Shown here: piece after piece, positions 34,406 through 43,705 of the stretch
Numbering within the stretch: the stretch's first letter is position 1
How the letters are laid out: each line of letters begins with the position of its first letter
Assembly (NCBI GenBank): GCA_963745405.1
Contig: CAVUWY010000002.1
Location: 1,045,013 to 1,109,012 of the forward strand
Direction of reading: 5' to 3'
Length of the DNA: 64,000 nucleotides
Source of the DNA: an uncultured Chloroflexia bacterium
GTDB lineage: Bacteria > Chloroflexota > Limnocylindria > Limnocylindrales > CSP1-4
The notes under the pieces: model-generated
Seen by the model: the letters and a program-made list of their open reading frames with translations, nothing else
Databases searched by the model: none
Told to the model about the DNA's origin: nothing
Translations under genes and position numbers: made by a program

Positions 34406-34527
34406 CGCGATCTCACTGGCCGGTGACGATTTGGGTTCTCCCCGTACCTTGCCGAGCGTGGCGCGCCGGAGCAACGCACTGATGGTACCGGTGGTGCCCA
34501 GCGCTCGGCGGAGTAGCATCCGGCCCG

Positions 34528-35522
34528 ATGGACGCCGCTGCGCGACAGCGCCTGCTTTCGGTCGCCCTCGTGGCGATCGCCTTCGGACTGCTCGCGGTGA
34601 CGCTCGCGGTCTACTTCACCCGTGGATTCATCCCCGGCGATGCGCTCGTCTACCTCGGTGCCGGCGAACGTCTCAACGCCGGCCATCAGCTCTATGCGCT
34701 CTCGCCCGGCGACCGCTACGTCGGGGCCAATCCGCCGTACTGGACGGTGCCGACGCTGTCGCCACCGTTCATGGGGGTGCTGTTCCGGCCGCTGGCCCTG
34801 CTGCCGCCCGACCTCGGTGCGTACGTGTGGTGGGTCGGCACGATCGAGCGCCATCGCGCTGACGCTCGTCCTGCTCGTCCGGCGGGCGCCGATCCGCACG
34901 AGCGTCGCCGTGATCCTGCTCGGCATCCCGCTGACGTACGAGATCGGCGTCGGTAACGTCAACGCCTTCATCCTCGCCGGGGCGGTCGGCATCTGGTGGG
35001 CCTCGACCCGCGGGCCACGAGCGGGCGGCCGGCGTCATCGCCGCCTTCCTCGTCATGGTCAAGCTCTGGCCGATCGCCCTCGCCTGGTGGCTCGTCACCC
35101 AGCGACGATGGGAGTCGTCCAGGCGGGCTCGTCGCCGGCGTCGTCCTCGTCGGCGATCTCCGTGCTCGGCGCGGGCCTCGACGCCCACCTCACCTACCTC
35201 CAGGTGATCCGCGACACGACGTCGATCGGGACGAGCGTCCTCAGCGTGGCCGGCATCGCCCGTTACGTCGGCGTGCCGGAGTCGATCGCGGCGCTCCTGC
35301 CGTGGGTCGTCTTCGTCGGCGGGTGCGCCCTCGCCTGGGTGTTCCGCGACCGACCCGGCCGTCAGCTACTCGTGCGCGATCGTCGCGATGACCCTCGGCT
35401 CATCGGTCGTGAACATCAACTCGTACGCGTTGCTCCTGGCGACGCTGGCGCCCGCCGCGTGGCCGGCACCGAAGGCCATTCGCTCATCTCAGCCGATGGG
35501 GTCGCCCGCTCTGGCAACGTGA
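34528..35522 (+). pseudogene. GT87/DUF2029-like glycosyltransferase with at least five frame disruptions
   Basis: Recognisable GT87 segments alternate between frames: DALVYLGAGERLNAGHQLYA...WWVGT, then AIALTLVLLVRR...GIWWA, then AAGVIAAFLVMVKLWPIALAWWLVTQRRWE, then GGLVAGVVLVG, then ISVLGAGLDAHLTYLQV...AWVFRDRPG, then AVSYSCAIVAMTLGSSVVNINSYALLLATLAP, ending at TGA 35520-35522. Confidence 0.75.
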
Positions 35523-35680
35523 GGTGCCTCATCACCCGACCGAGCCATCTGTGCGGGCGCGGGCGAAGGAGCCCGCCACCTGAACGGATCCTGAGCAGAT
35601 TCCTCCTTGTGGTGGGTCGTCGGGGGTAGTACTTTTCACCCCCTACCGTCGTCGACGGTCTCCGTGCCCAGGGAGACCTA

Positions 35681-36631
35681 TTGCCGGTCCCAGCGCGTGG
35701 GGGACGGCGTCAGCGGCTGGCCGACGGCCAGCTGGGAAGAGCTGCGGCACTCCTGGCCGTCTTTGTCGCAGCACTTGCCCTTGGGCTCCTTGCCGCATGC
35801 AGCTGGGTGCAGTTCACCCATCCGGCGATCGATGCCAACGGCCTCCCGTACCCGCCCGACGCTCTGACCTACCTCGCCGCCGGGGAGCGCCTGAACGCAG
35901 GTCACGCGCTCTACAGACTCGCGCCGGGCGACCGGCCGGTATGGATCAACCCGCCGTACTGGACCGTACCGCTCCTGTCGCCGCCGCTCATCGCGGTCGT
36001 GTGGCGGCCGCTTGCCCTCATCGGCTCGGCGGCGGTGTACGGCTGGTGGGCAGCGGGGATCCTGGCCGTCCTCACCGCGCTAGTCGTGCTCATGCGCCGC
36101 CGGCCCGCCTCGGTCGGGGTCCTCGTCGCGCTTCTCAGCCTGCCGCTCGCGATCGAGCTGTACACGTCGAACCTGAACTCAGTCATCCTCGCCGCCGCCG
36201 TGCTGACGTGGATCCTCTGGCGTCGCGATCTCGTGGGCCCGGCCGCGGCGTTGGTGGTCCTTCTTGCCGCCCTCAAGGTCCTTCCGGTCTTCCTCGTTCT
36301 GTGGGTTCTCGCGGTCTCATGGCGTCGGGCGATCTGGCCGGTATTACTGGCCGCGGCGGTACTGCTCGCGATAGAGCTCCTGGGGGCCGGCCTCGAAGCG
36401 CACCTCGAGTACCTCCGCATCCTCCTCTCGACGGCCGGCGGCGGGGCGACGAGCCTGAGTCTCGCCGGGGCCACGGGGGTTCGGGGCCTGCCGATGCTCG
36501 CGGCGATATGCGCCACAGTGGCCATCGTCGTGCTCCGACGCTGGCCGGGGCTTTCCTTCTCGATCGCGGTCGCCGCCATGGCCGTTGTGACACCGAGCGT
36601 CTACTGGAACACGTTCACGGCTGGTCGCTGA
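35681..36631 (+). CDS. GT87/DUF2029-like GT-C membrane glycosyltransferase
   Basis: Listed 316-aa ORF starting at a TTG preceded by AGGGAGA. It carries DALTYLAAGERLNAGHALYR, NPPYWTVPLLSPP and AALKVLPVF. Confidence 0.75.
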   Translation: MPVPARGGRRQRLADGQLGRAAALLAVFVAALALGLLAACSWVQFTHPAIDANGLPYPPDALTYLAAGERLNAGHALYRLAPGDRPVWINPPYWTVPLLSPPLIAVVWRPLALIGSAAVYGWWAAGILAVLTALVVLMRRRPASVGVLVALLSLPLAIELYTSNLNSVILAAAVLTWILWRRDLVGPAAALVVLLAALKVLPVFLVLWVLAVSWRRAIWPVLLAAAVLLAIELLGAGLEAHLEYLRILLSTAGGGATSLSLAGATGVRGLPMLAAICATVAIVVLRRWPGLSFSIAVAAMAVVTPSVYWNTFTAGR

Positions 36632-36789
36632 CTCAGCATCGCATGGGCTCTGCCGGATGCGGTGCTCGCTCGACCCGCTGTTCCCGGTGGGTGAGCGTGC
36701 GCCCTCCGTGCAGATCGTTCCCGAGGCGCCCACCGTGAGGTCGGCCCTGCCAACGCTGCCAAGTCCACAGTCATCAGCCGCGGGACGGC

Positions 36790-37030
36790 TCAGCTCGCAA
36801 CGGCCTCCCTGAAGCGGGCCATATGGGCGCTGGCGTCGGAGGCACATCGGTCCGCGGCCTCCTCTCGTCTCTCGATCCCACTGATCGCCTGCTACGGGCG
36901 TTCAGCGCCGTCGTTGCAGTCAGCATCCAACGCACGAGTGCGCTGAGACCTCGGCCCGGCGGACAGCGCCGGGGTCGAGCCAACGGCACCAGAGATCGAG
37001 TCCTGGAACAGAATTGAATCGATAGGCCAT
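36790..37030 (-). pseudogene. remnant of the 3' end of a GT4 glycosyltransferase gene
   Basis: The end reads ...HMARFREAVAS-stop versus ...RIARLSEAVAS-stop in the intact GT4 (38670..). At the DNA level tcagctcgcaacggcctccctgaagcgggc compares with tcagctcgcgacggcctcgctgaggcgggc. The upstream part (FQDSISGAVG vs IEDGVTGLLV) lies in another frame. Confidence 0.45.
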
Positions 37031-37060
37031 CTGGCGACGTCGACGTAGTACCTCCGTCCG

Positions 37061-37260
37061 ATGCGCCCGGTCCGGCTCGCGATGGCTGTTCTGGTCGGTC
37101 TGGCCACGCTCACAAGCTGGTGGCCGCTGAGTTGGGTCAACCTCGACGGCGACTGGATGGTGGCAGCCTCGCGCGAATTCCTGGCCGGTGGCGATCCGTA
37201 CTCCGTACCCGGCTACCTCTATTCCCCGCTCGCTCCGATCCTCACCATCCCTCTGGCGAG
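37061..37260 (+). pseudogene. N-terminal fragment of a GT87/DUF2029-like gene
   Basis: MRPVRLAMAVLVGLATLTSWW...DWMVAASREFLAGGDPYSVPGYLYSPLAPILTIPLA, after which the frame degenerates. Confidence 0.45.
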
Positions 37261-37438
37261 TCGGCGGCCGTTGGCACCCGGTCGCAGGACAGGCTCGACT
37301 CGACGACTCGGGACGACTGGCGCAGACCGGTACGGCCTCGCCGCTGCATTGGCGCTGTCCGCCGATCGACGTCCGACGTGCTCGATCCTGGCCGATCAAT
37401 CACGTCCCAGTCGCCGGCCCGAGCTAGGCGATGACCGG

Positions 37439-37790
37439 GATCGAGCATCAACGGGAAGTTACCGAGGACGTAGAACGGGCCGACCATCTCGCCGCGGGCG
37501 TTCGTGAGGACCACGAACCAGTCGCGCATCAGCGGGAGCAGCAGGAGCGATGCGACCAGCAGGCCCCCGAGGACCGCCCACCATCGTCGATCCCGGGCGC
37601 CGATGAGCATGAACGGAGCGAGCGTCGGTTTGACGAGGACGAGCGCTGCCGGCCAGCCGAGCAGAAGACCTCCGCACACGGCGGCCAGGTCCATATGGCC
37701 GGATTCCCCAGCACGACAAGACCGATGGAGGTCGGCAGGGCGAGGAGGCATAGCGCGGCGACGAGGGACCAGCCTGTATGGGCGCACCTT
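37439..37790 (-). pseudogene. central fragment of a GT87/DUF2029-like gene in opposite orientation, internally frameshifted
   Basis: GWSLVAALCLLALPTSIGLVVLG in one frame is followed by MDLAAVCGGLLLGWPAALVLVKPTLAPFMLIGARDRRWWAVLGGLLVASLLLLP in another. No N- or C-terminal parts are present on this strand. Confidence 0.45.
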
Positions 37791-38669
37791 CGATAGGGGT
37801 CTGGGCACGGGATCGCGTCTTCAGCCGCCAATTGGTCGGGCTGTCACCCGATTCGTCGGTGCTCGGTCCGCCGTATGTAAACCGTCGCCATATCCGGCTT
37901 CTTACGGGCCTCCTGGGTTCACTCGCGGCGCGTACGAGCCGTCCTCGCAGATCGGTTGAGGACTCGCTCGGCTTCACAGACAGATTCGATCGGCCTTCGC
38001 GCGGTAGCCGTGCCCAGTCATCGCCGGCCACGGGTCATGGCCGACACCGAACGGCGGCGGAACGTTGGCGTCACTGCGTTCTTCGTCCTGTCGGGCTATC
38101 GATCACGAGCTTGTCGTCGCCGAACGCGAGCGTCATGGCCGGATCGACCTTCTGGCGATCGACCGCCGACGGGCGAGGCGTCGTCGTCGACTGATCGACC
38201 GTCATAGCCGTGCGGTGCGTTGAGCTTGGTCGGCACTGGCAAACGCTCCCATGCTCACGGGCATCGCCGCGTCCCTCACGCTCGCGACTCGATCGGCGAC
38301 CTTCAGCCGTTGTATTCGGCCGAACCGCGTTCGCGAGCCCGCCGCTGTACGCGGCCGCCACCCGGCGCGGGCTCGCTTCGTATTCGCTGCTGCGTTCGGG
38401 GCGGTGGCGAGTCTGACGGGCGCCGCTCTGGTCGCGATGGGGGACCGCGGTCGCCCATGCCACTCTCGCGGCGGACGCCTCGCGGCTGCAGCGCCCCGAC
38501 GGCCCTCCGCTGAGGCGGACGTGACCGATAGAAGCCCGTCCCGAGCGAGCGGCGATGGCTCCGGCCTCGTCGGTCCCATGCCGCGGACGGCATGGAGGCC
38601 AACACTTCCATCGCGCTGCTGCCGCCGATTCTCGAGCCGTCGCCGTCGGTCGCCTGACGAATTGGCGAT

Positions 38670-39872
38670 TCAGCTCGCGACGGCCTCGCTGAGGCGGGCG
38701 ATCCGGGCACCGTCGTCGTAGATGCCCTCGATGGCGTTGACCATCAGCTGGATGCAGAAGCGGTCGTGGACCATGTCGTGGGCGGACCGGGCGAGCTGGT
38801 CGGCCAGCGGGTGGTCGTGCAGGACGCGGACGAGCGCGGCCGCCAGGGCGGCCGGGTCGTGCGGTGGCACGAGGAGTCCCGTCACGCCGTCCTCGATCAT
38901 CTCGGGGATGCCGCCGACGTTGCTGGCGACGACCGGTCGTGACAGGGCCATCGCCTCGAGGATCGTCAGTCCCTGGGCCTCGCGATACGAAGGCAGGACG
39001 GCGACGTCGAGCGCGGCGGTCACGGCCGGGATGTCGTCGCGGCGGCCGGTGAACACGACGCGGTGGGCGATCCGGAGCTCGCGCACCTGTGCCTCGAGCG
39101 CGTCCCAGCGACTCCCCTCGCCGACGATGAGGAGGTACGCGTCGGGGCACTCGCGGAGGACGAGGGGCCATGCTTCGAGCAGGGTCGGGTGGCCCTTCTC
39201 CGGCTCGAGCCGGGCGACGACGCCGACGATCTGGGCGCCGGGCTCCATCCCGAAGTCCTCGCGGAGGGTGCAGCACGGCTCCTGGTGGTCGTATCGGTCG
39301 AGGTCGACCCCGTTGTAGACGAGGCTGACCGGTGAGAGGCCGCCTCGCTCATCGGCGATCTTGTCGACGATGGCCCGCGAGACCGCGATGAGGCGGTCCA
39401 TCGAGGGAGTCAGGGCTCGGAGCGTCGCTCGATCCTCGGCCGACCGGACCCGCGACGAGTGGACAGTCGAGAGGACGTATGGACGAGGCAGGCCGCGCTC
39501 GGCCAGCCGGAGGGCGGCTCGCGTCCCGACGATCTCGGCCCGGTACATGTGGTCGTGGAGGACGTCGGGGCGGACCTGCTCGAGGTAGTCGGCGAGCGCG
39601 TCCACCGCGTCGTCGTCATCGGGCTCGTCGATGACGCCGACCGGGAAGCCGAGCCGGCCGATCTTCCGGGCGGCGCTGCCCGCCGACAGCGAGACCACCC
39701 GGACGTCATAGCGGTCGCGGTCGATCCGCGACAGCAGGCTGTAGAGATGCTCCTGGGCCCCGCCGTTCGATCCGGTGGCGAGGACCTCGACGACCCGGAC
39801 GCGGGTGTCGCCGGGAACGTCGAGGCGGACCACCGGCTCGAAGCAGGGGTCGCCGACGCGTGGCGCCGTCAT
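38670..39872 (-). CDS. GT4 family (GT-B fold) glycosyltransferase
   Basis: The tail reads ...LPSYREAQGLTILEAMALSRPVVASNVGGIPEMIEDGVTGLLV (E-x7-E region). The ATG at 39872 lies 4 nt after the upstream stop, with AGGGA upstream. Confidence 0.88.
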   Translation of the reverse strand: MTAPRVGDPCFEPVVRLDVPGDTRVRVVEVLATGSNGGAQEHLYSLLSRIDRDRYDVRVVSLSAGSAARKIGRLGFPVGVIDEPDDDDAVDALADYLEQVRPDVLHDHMYRAEIVGTRAALRLAERGLPRPYVLSTVHSSRVRSAEDRATLRALTPSMDRLIAVSRAIVDKIADERGGLSPVSLVYNGVDLDRYDHQEPCCTLREDFGMEPGAQIVGVVARLEPEKGHPTLLEAWPLVLRECPDAYLLIVGEGSRWDALEAQVRELRIAHRVVFTGRRDDIPAVTAALDVAVLPSYREAQGLTILEAMALSRPVVASNVGGIPEMIEDGVTGLLVPPHDPAALAAALVRVLHDHPLADQLARSAHDMVHDRFCIQLMVNAIEGIYDDGARIARLSEAVAS

Positions 39873-39876
39873 CTGG

Positions 39877-41139
39877 TCATCCCTGCCGAGCGGTTCGTCG
39901 GACGAGGATCCGGCGGATCGGCTCATCCTCGGCGCCCCACTCGTACTTGTACGGCTCGTCGCCCCGGAGGAAGTCGAGCCGCTCCCGGCCGGCCTCGATC
40001 GCCGCCTGCACGTAGCAGGCGACGAGGACGACCCCCGGCGAGAGCTCGCGGGCGTCCGGATCGATGCCGGCGTTGTAGTAGCTGAGCGAACGGCCGTCGT
40101 CGAGATGGATGCCGGCCGCGATCCGCCGACCCCCGACCGTCAGGAAGCTGAGCCGGGCCGGACCGGCGGCGCCGAACTCCTCGAACAGGCGGCGGACGAA
40201 GACCCGGCTGGCGTCGCCGCCCGGCGTGGCCGGGAAGAGCCCCCGCTCGCCCCAACGGCGCTGGTGGAGGTCGATGAAGGCATCGAGGTCGACGAGCGGA
40301 TCGGTCGACTCGGTGAGGGCGACCTCACCGGCCGCCTCCGCTCGGCGCAGCTTGCGCCGGATCTCGTGTCGCGACTTCTTGCCGAGCGTGTCGAGATAAC
40401 CCTCGAAATCGACCCCGGCGGGCAGGGTGACGACCGGGCAGACGTCCTCGCGCTCGCTGACGACGTCCCAGCCGTTCGCCGGGGCGGCCGCTCTGAATGC
40501 GCGCTCCAGTACGTCGACGATCGGATCGGCGCAGCGCAGTCGCCGCAGGTCGACGACGTCCCACGGCTCGGGGTGATCGTCGCCCGGCGCGGCCGGCTCG
40601 GCCAGGTGGCCGACGAGCGCCCGGGCGACCTCGCCGAGGTCGGCGCCCGAGGTGAGGATCGTCGCGTAGTCCGCGTGGTAGCTCGCCCCGAAGAAGATCG
40701 CCTTGTCCGTCGGCGGGACCGGCGTCAGCCACATGTCGCCGCCATGGCGGATGGCCGACCTCTCGAGCTCGTCGGTCGGCTCGACCTCGTGGCGATGCAT
40801 GAGCGGGACGATCGCCACCGGCAGCGCATCGCCGGGGGCGTCGACCGCCTCGATGAGGAGGGTGTGATCGTGGGCGTTGGCGCCGTACGCGTCCCACCAG
40901 GCCCGATGGAACGACCAGCGGCTGAACGCGGTGGCGGCCGGGGTCAGTTCGACGAGGCGGTCCCACGTCGGGCGGGGGATGTCATCGAAGGCGACGTGGC
41001 GGACCCGGAGGTCCTTCGACGGGCGCCGCGCGGCCGCGGACCGGCGGTTCGGGACAGAGCCTCGGATCGGTGAGGTGAGGATGGCGGCGGCGGCCGCCGG
41101 GGGACAGGCGGGCTCGCTGTCGAGCACGGGGGAGGTCAC
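39877..41139 (-). CDS. GNAT-fold acyl/aminoacyl-transferase-like protein (CelD/BioF2/FemAB-like, PF13480-type)
   Basis: Listed 420-aa ORF with ...FEGYLDTLGKKSRHEIRRKLRRAE...YYNAGIDPDARELSPGVVL...DFLRGDEPYKYEWGA. Confidence 0.8.
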   Translation of the reverse strand: MTSPVLDSEPACPPAAAAAILTSPIRGSVPNRRSAAARRPSKDLRVRHVAFDDIPRPTWDRLVELTPAATAFSRWSFHRAWWDAYGANAHDHTLLIEAVDAPGDALPVAIVPLMHRHEVEPTDELERSAIRHGGDMWLTPVPPTDKAIFFGASYHADYATILTSGADLGEVARALVGHLAEPAAPGDDHPEPWDVVDLRRLRCADPIVDVLERAFRAAAPANGWDVVSEREDVCPVVTLPAGVDFEGYLDTLGKKSRHEIRRKLRRAEAAGEVALTESTDPLVDLDAFIDLHQRRWGERGLFPATPGGDASRVFVRRLFEEFGAAGPARLSFLTVGGRRIAAGIHLDDGRSLSYYNAGIDPDARELSPGVVLVACYVQAAIEAGRERLDFLRGDEPYKYEWGAEDEPIRRILVRRTARQG

Positions 41140-41245
41140 GCCCGCGAGGATAGCACCGGATCGAGAAAGGCAGTTGCGGGCGCAACTGACCGCCGACGAG
41201 GGCGCGCGGCCGGCCGAGGATCCATCTGGAGAGCCGCCTCCGGCC

Positions 41246-43633
41246 CTACGGCACCACCTGGTCGGGGCTGAGCTGCGGCGACGGCGGTCCGAAGAGGTGG
41301 CGGAGCAGGAAGTACTCGGGGTACGGGCGGTCGTCGGTCACGAGCGGACCAGGCCCCGCGAACTGGGACACCTGGTCGCCCTGGAGCCGGATGATGTGCG
41401 GCACGAGGTCCACCCAACCTTCGACGTCCGTGCGCGGCGAGTCGTACGCCGACGAGATGTCCTCGAGAACGCCGGGTCGGGAGAGGACCGACCGCATGTT
41501 CGCGTCGGTGAACCCGAACGGCTCCTCGGACCCGAACATGTAGTGGCCGAATCCGCCCGGCCCCTCGGCGACCATCACGTTCGGGAAGACGTCGTCGAAC
41601 GTCCGCACGTGGGCCTTGAACTCGTCGAGCGTCTGGTCGTAGGGGACCCACTGCATCATGATGCCGCCGGGGTTCAGGCGCGCTTTCGAAGCCTGGTAGA
41701 ACTCCAGCGACGAGATGACGGATACACCGGCTCCCTGCACGGGTGGCGGTGGGTCGACCACGATGATGTCGTAGGTCCGATCGGTCAGCTCCACGTGATT
41801 TCGGCCGTCGCTGATGATCACGTGCCCGTTCGGATCGGCCAGGACTTCGGCGGCGTCCGGATAGAAGTTGCCGAACATGTCCGGGACCGAGGGGACGAGC
41901 TCGACTGCATCGGCCTTGAGCCCGGCGATGAGGGCGGCCCGGTAGGCGCTGCCCATCCCGAAGGCGATCGTCAGCTCGGTCGTCGAGGCCGGCCGGAGCA
42001 TGAGCGGGAGGATCGGCATGAGCTTGGCGTCGACGGTCAGGAGGGTCATCGAGACCCCGGTGACCCACAGCTGCTTCGCCCCGTGGAGCTGTCCCGCCTG
42101 GACCGAGGCGATCTCGTCCTCGGCCGTCTGGTAGACGACGCCGCCGGCCTTCTGGATCCGGGCGATGCTCGGATCGATGAAGAGCCCGCCGCCCGCGATG
42201 GTTACGACGAGGCCGAGCGCCACGACGGCACCGGCCGTGCCCGTCACTACGCGCGGCACCGGCCGCTCGATGCGCCCGCCGATGGCGACCGCGACCCCGG
42301 TCACGGCATTGACGATCGCGACGAGCCCGAGCGCGACCGGCGATCCGACGAGCGGGATGACGATGAACGGGATGGCGAAGGTCGCGATGATCGCCCCAAG
42401 CGTGTTCGAGGCGAGGAGAAGCCCCGATCGACTACCGACCTCGTCGTCCCGGCCCGCTATCAGCGCCGACGCGGCCGGGAACGTCAGACCCATGACGAAC
42501 GTCGTGGGCAGGACGATGAGGATCGTGCTGCGGGCAAAATCGCCGAAGAGATCGCCGATCGAGGTGGGGAGAGCCAGCGGCTGGTCGACGATGCTGCCGA
42601 CGAGGACGACCACCCCGAGCGTCGCCAGGACGGCGATGGCGATCTGGCCCACCGCCAGGAGGTCCATCACGCTCTTGAGCCGTGGTCGCAGGAAGTTGAA
42701 CGCGAGGGCGCCGAGGGCGAGGCCCGACAGGAAGACCACGAGGATGAGGCTGAACACGTACGTGTAGTTGCCGGTCCCCGATGCGATGAGACGGGTCCAG
42801 AGGACCTGGTAGGCGAGCGACGTGAGGCCTGACACGAAGGCGAGCACGACCGCGAGCCGGGCTCGGCGATCGAGTCGTCGCCCGGTCGAGCCGCTCGCGG
42901 CGGGTGCGATCTCCGTGGGCGGCGGGACCGCGGACGGCGTGGCCACGGTCGCCGCCGGCGGGGCCGTGACCGGTTCGGTCGCCGGCAGGTCCGTCTTCCC
43001 TTCCTCGAGCGCGTGCCGCGCGCGCGCGTCGAGGGCCAGGGCGATGACGCCGGCCGCACCCGAACAGACAGCTCCGACGATCAGCGTCCCCGACAGGCCG
43101 AGGAGCTCGATCAGGACGAAGCCCGCCGCGGCCGCGCCGACGATCGCCCCGATCGTGTTCGCGGCGTACAGCCGCCCGAACGCCGTGCTCAGGTCGCCGG
43201 CCCCTCGGCTCAGGTGGCGGGTCAGGGTCGGGAGCGTGGCGCCCATCAGGATCGTCGCCGGCCCGAGGGCGAGGAGCGACAGGACGAAGCGGACGAGGGC
43301 GAGGGCGAGGGGCGCGGTCTCGAGCGTGCCGAATGCCCCGCGGTAGACCTCGTGGAGGAGTCGGAACGTGATCGGCGTCGCCAGCACGACGACGACGAGG
43401 ATCAGCTCGAGGAGGCCGTAGAGGCGCAGCGGGCGTCTGACCCGGTCGGCGAGCCGCCCGCCGAGCGCGCTGCCGATCGCCATGCCACCGAAGAATCCGG
43501 TCAGGATCGCGGAGACGGCCTGGGTCGTGTTCCCGAAGACGAGGACGAGCTGGCGTGCCCAGACGACCTCATAGATGAGTCCCGCCGCGCCCGACAGGAC
43601 GAAGATGAGGAGCACGGGGAGGGATCTGCGCAT
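41246..43633 (-). CDS. polytopic membrane protein fused to a spermidine-synthase-fold domain
   Basis: Listed 795-aa ORF with about 14 TM segments (LSGAAGLIYEVVWARQL twice-repeated architecture). A C-terminal Rossmann-type domain follows (AFGMGSAY...AVELVP...DGRNHV...YDIIVVDPPPP...GGIMMQW). Confidence 0.85.
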   Translation of the reverse strand: MRRSLPVLLIFVLSGAAGLIYEVVWARQLVLVFGNTTQAVSAILTGFFGGMAIGSALGGRLADRVRRPLRLYGLLELILVVVVLATPITFRLLHEVYRGAFGTLETAPLALALVRFVLSLLALGPATILMGATLPTLTRHLSRGAGDLSTAFGRLYAANTIGAIVGAAAAGFVLIELLGLSGTLIVGAVCSGAAGVIALALDARARHALEEGKTDLPATEPVTAPPAATVATPSAVPPPTEIAPAASGSTGRRLDRRARLAVVLAFVSGLTSLAYQVLWTRLIASGTGNYTYVFSLILVVFLSGLALGALAFNFLRPRLKSVMDLLAVGQIAIAVLATLGVVVLVGSIVDQPLALPTSIGDLFGDFARSTILIVLPTTFVMGLTFPAASALIAGRDDEVGSRSGLLLASNTLGAIIATFAIPFIVIPLVGSPVALGLVAIVNAVTGVAVAIGGRIERPVPRVVTGTAGAVVALGLVVTIAGGGLFIDPSIARIQKAGGVVYQTAEDEIASVQAGQLHGAKQLWVTGVSMTLLTVDAKLMPILPLMLRPASTTELTIAFGMGSAYRAALIAGLKADAVELVPSVPDMFGNFYPDAAEVLADPNGHVIISDGRNHVELTDRTYDIIVVDPPPPVQGAGVSVISSLEFYQASKARLNPGGIMMQWVPYDQTLDEFKAHVRTFDDVFPNVMVAEGPGGFGHYMFGSEEPFGFTDANMRSVLSRPGVLEDISSAYDSPRTDVEGWVDLVPHIIRLQGDQVSQFAGPGPLVTDDRPYPEYFLLRHLFGPPSPQLSPDQVVP

Positions 43634-43705
43634 CGAGGAAGGGTAGCCGGTCGGGGCCCGGCGTCGGCGGCGCGCCCACCGCCGCTTCCGCCGCGGCCGC
43701 GGCGG

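Noticed and set aside
32660-34519. 619-aa ORF as a genuine bifunctional GT2-epimerase fusion
   Set aside because: The junction (about 58 aa) is unrelated sequence. Shifting one base restores a conserved GT2 C-terminus that ends in an ATGA overlap with the epimerase start, so it was called as a frameshifted GT2 plus a separate epimerase.
38200-38669. Possible small toxin-antitoxin or other genes between the GT87 fragments and the GT4 gene (for example the 44-codon ORF ending at 38071)
   Set aside because: Translations in all six frames gave nothing recognisable and no convincing SD/start combinations. The interval is treated as decayed non-coding DNA.
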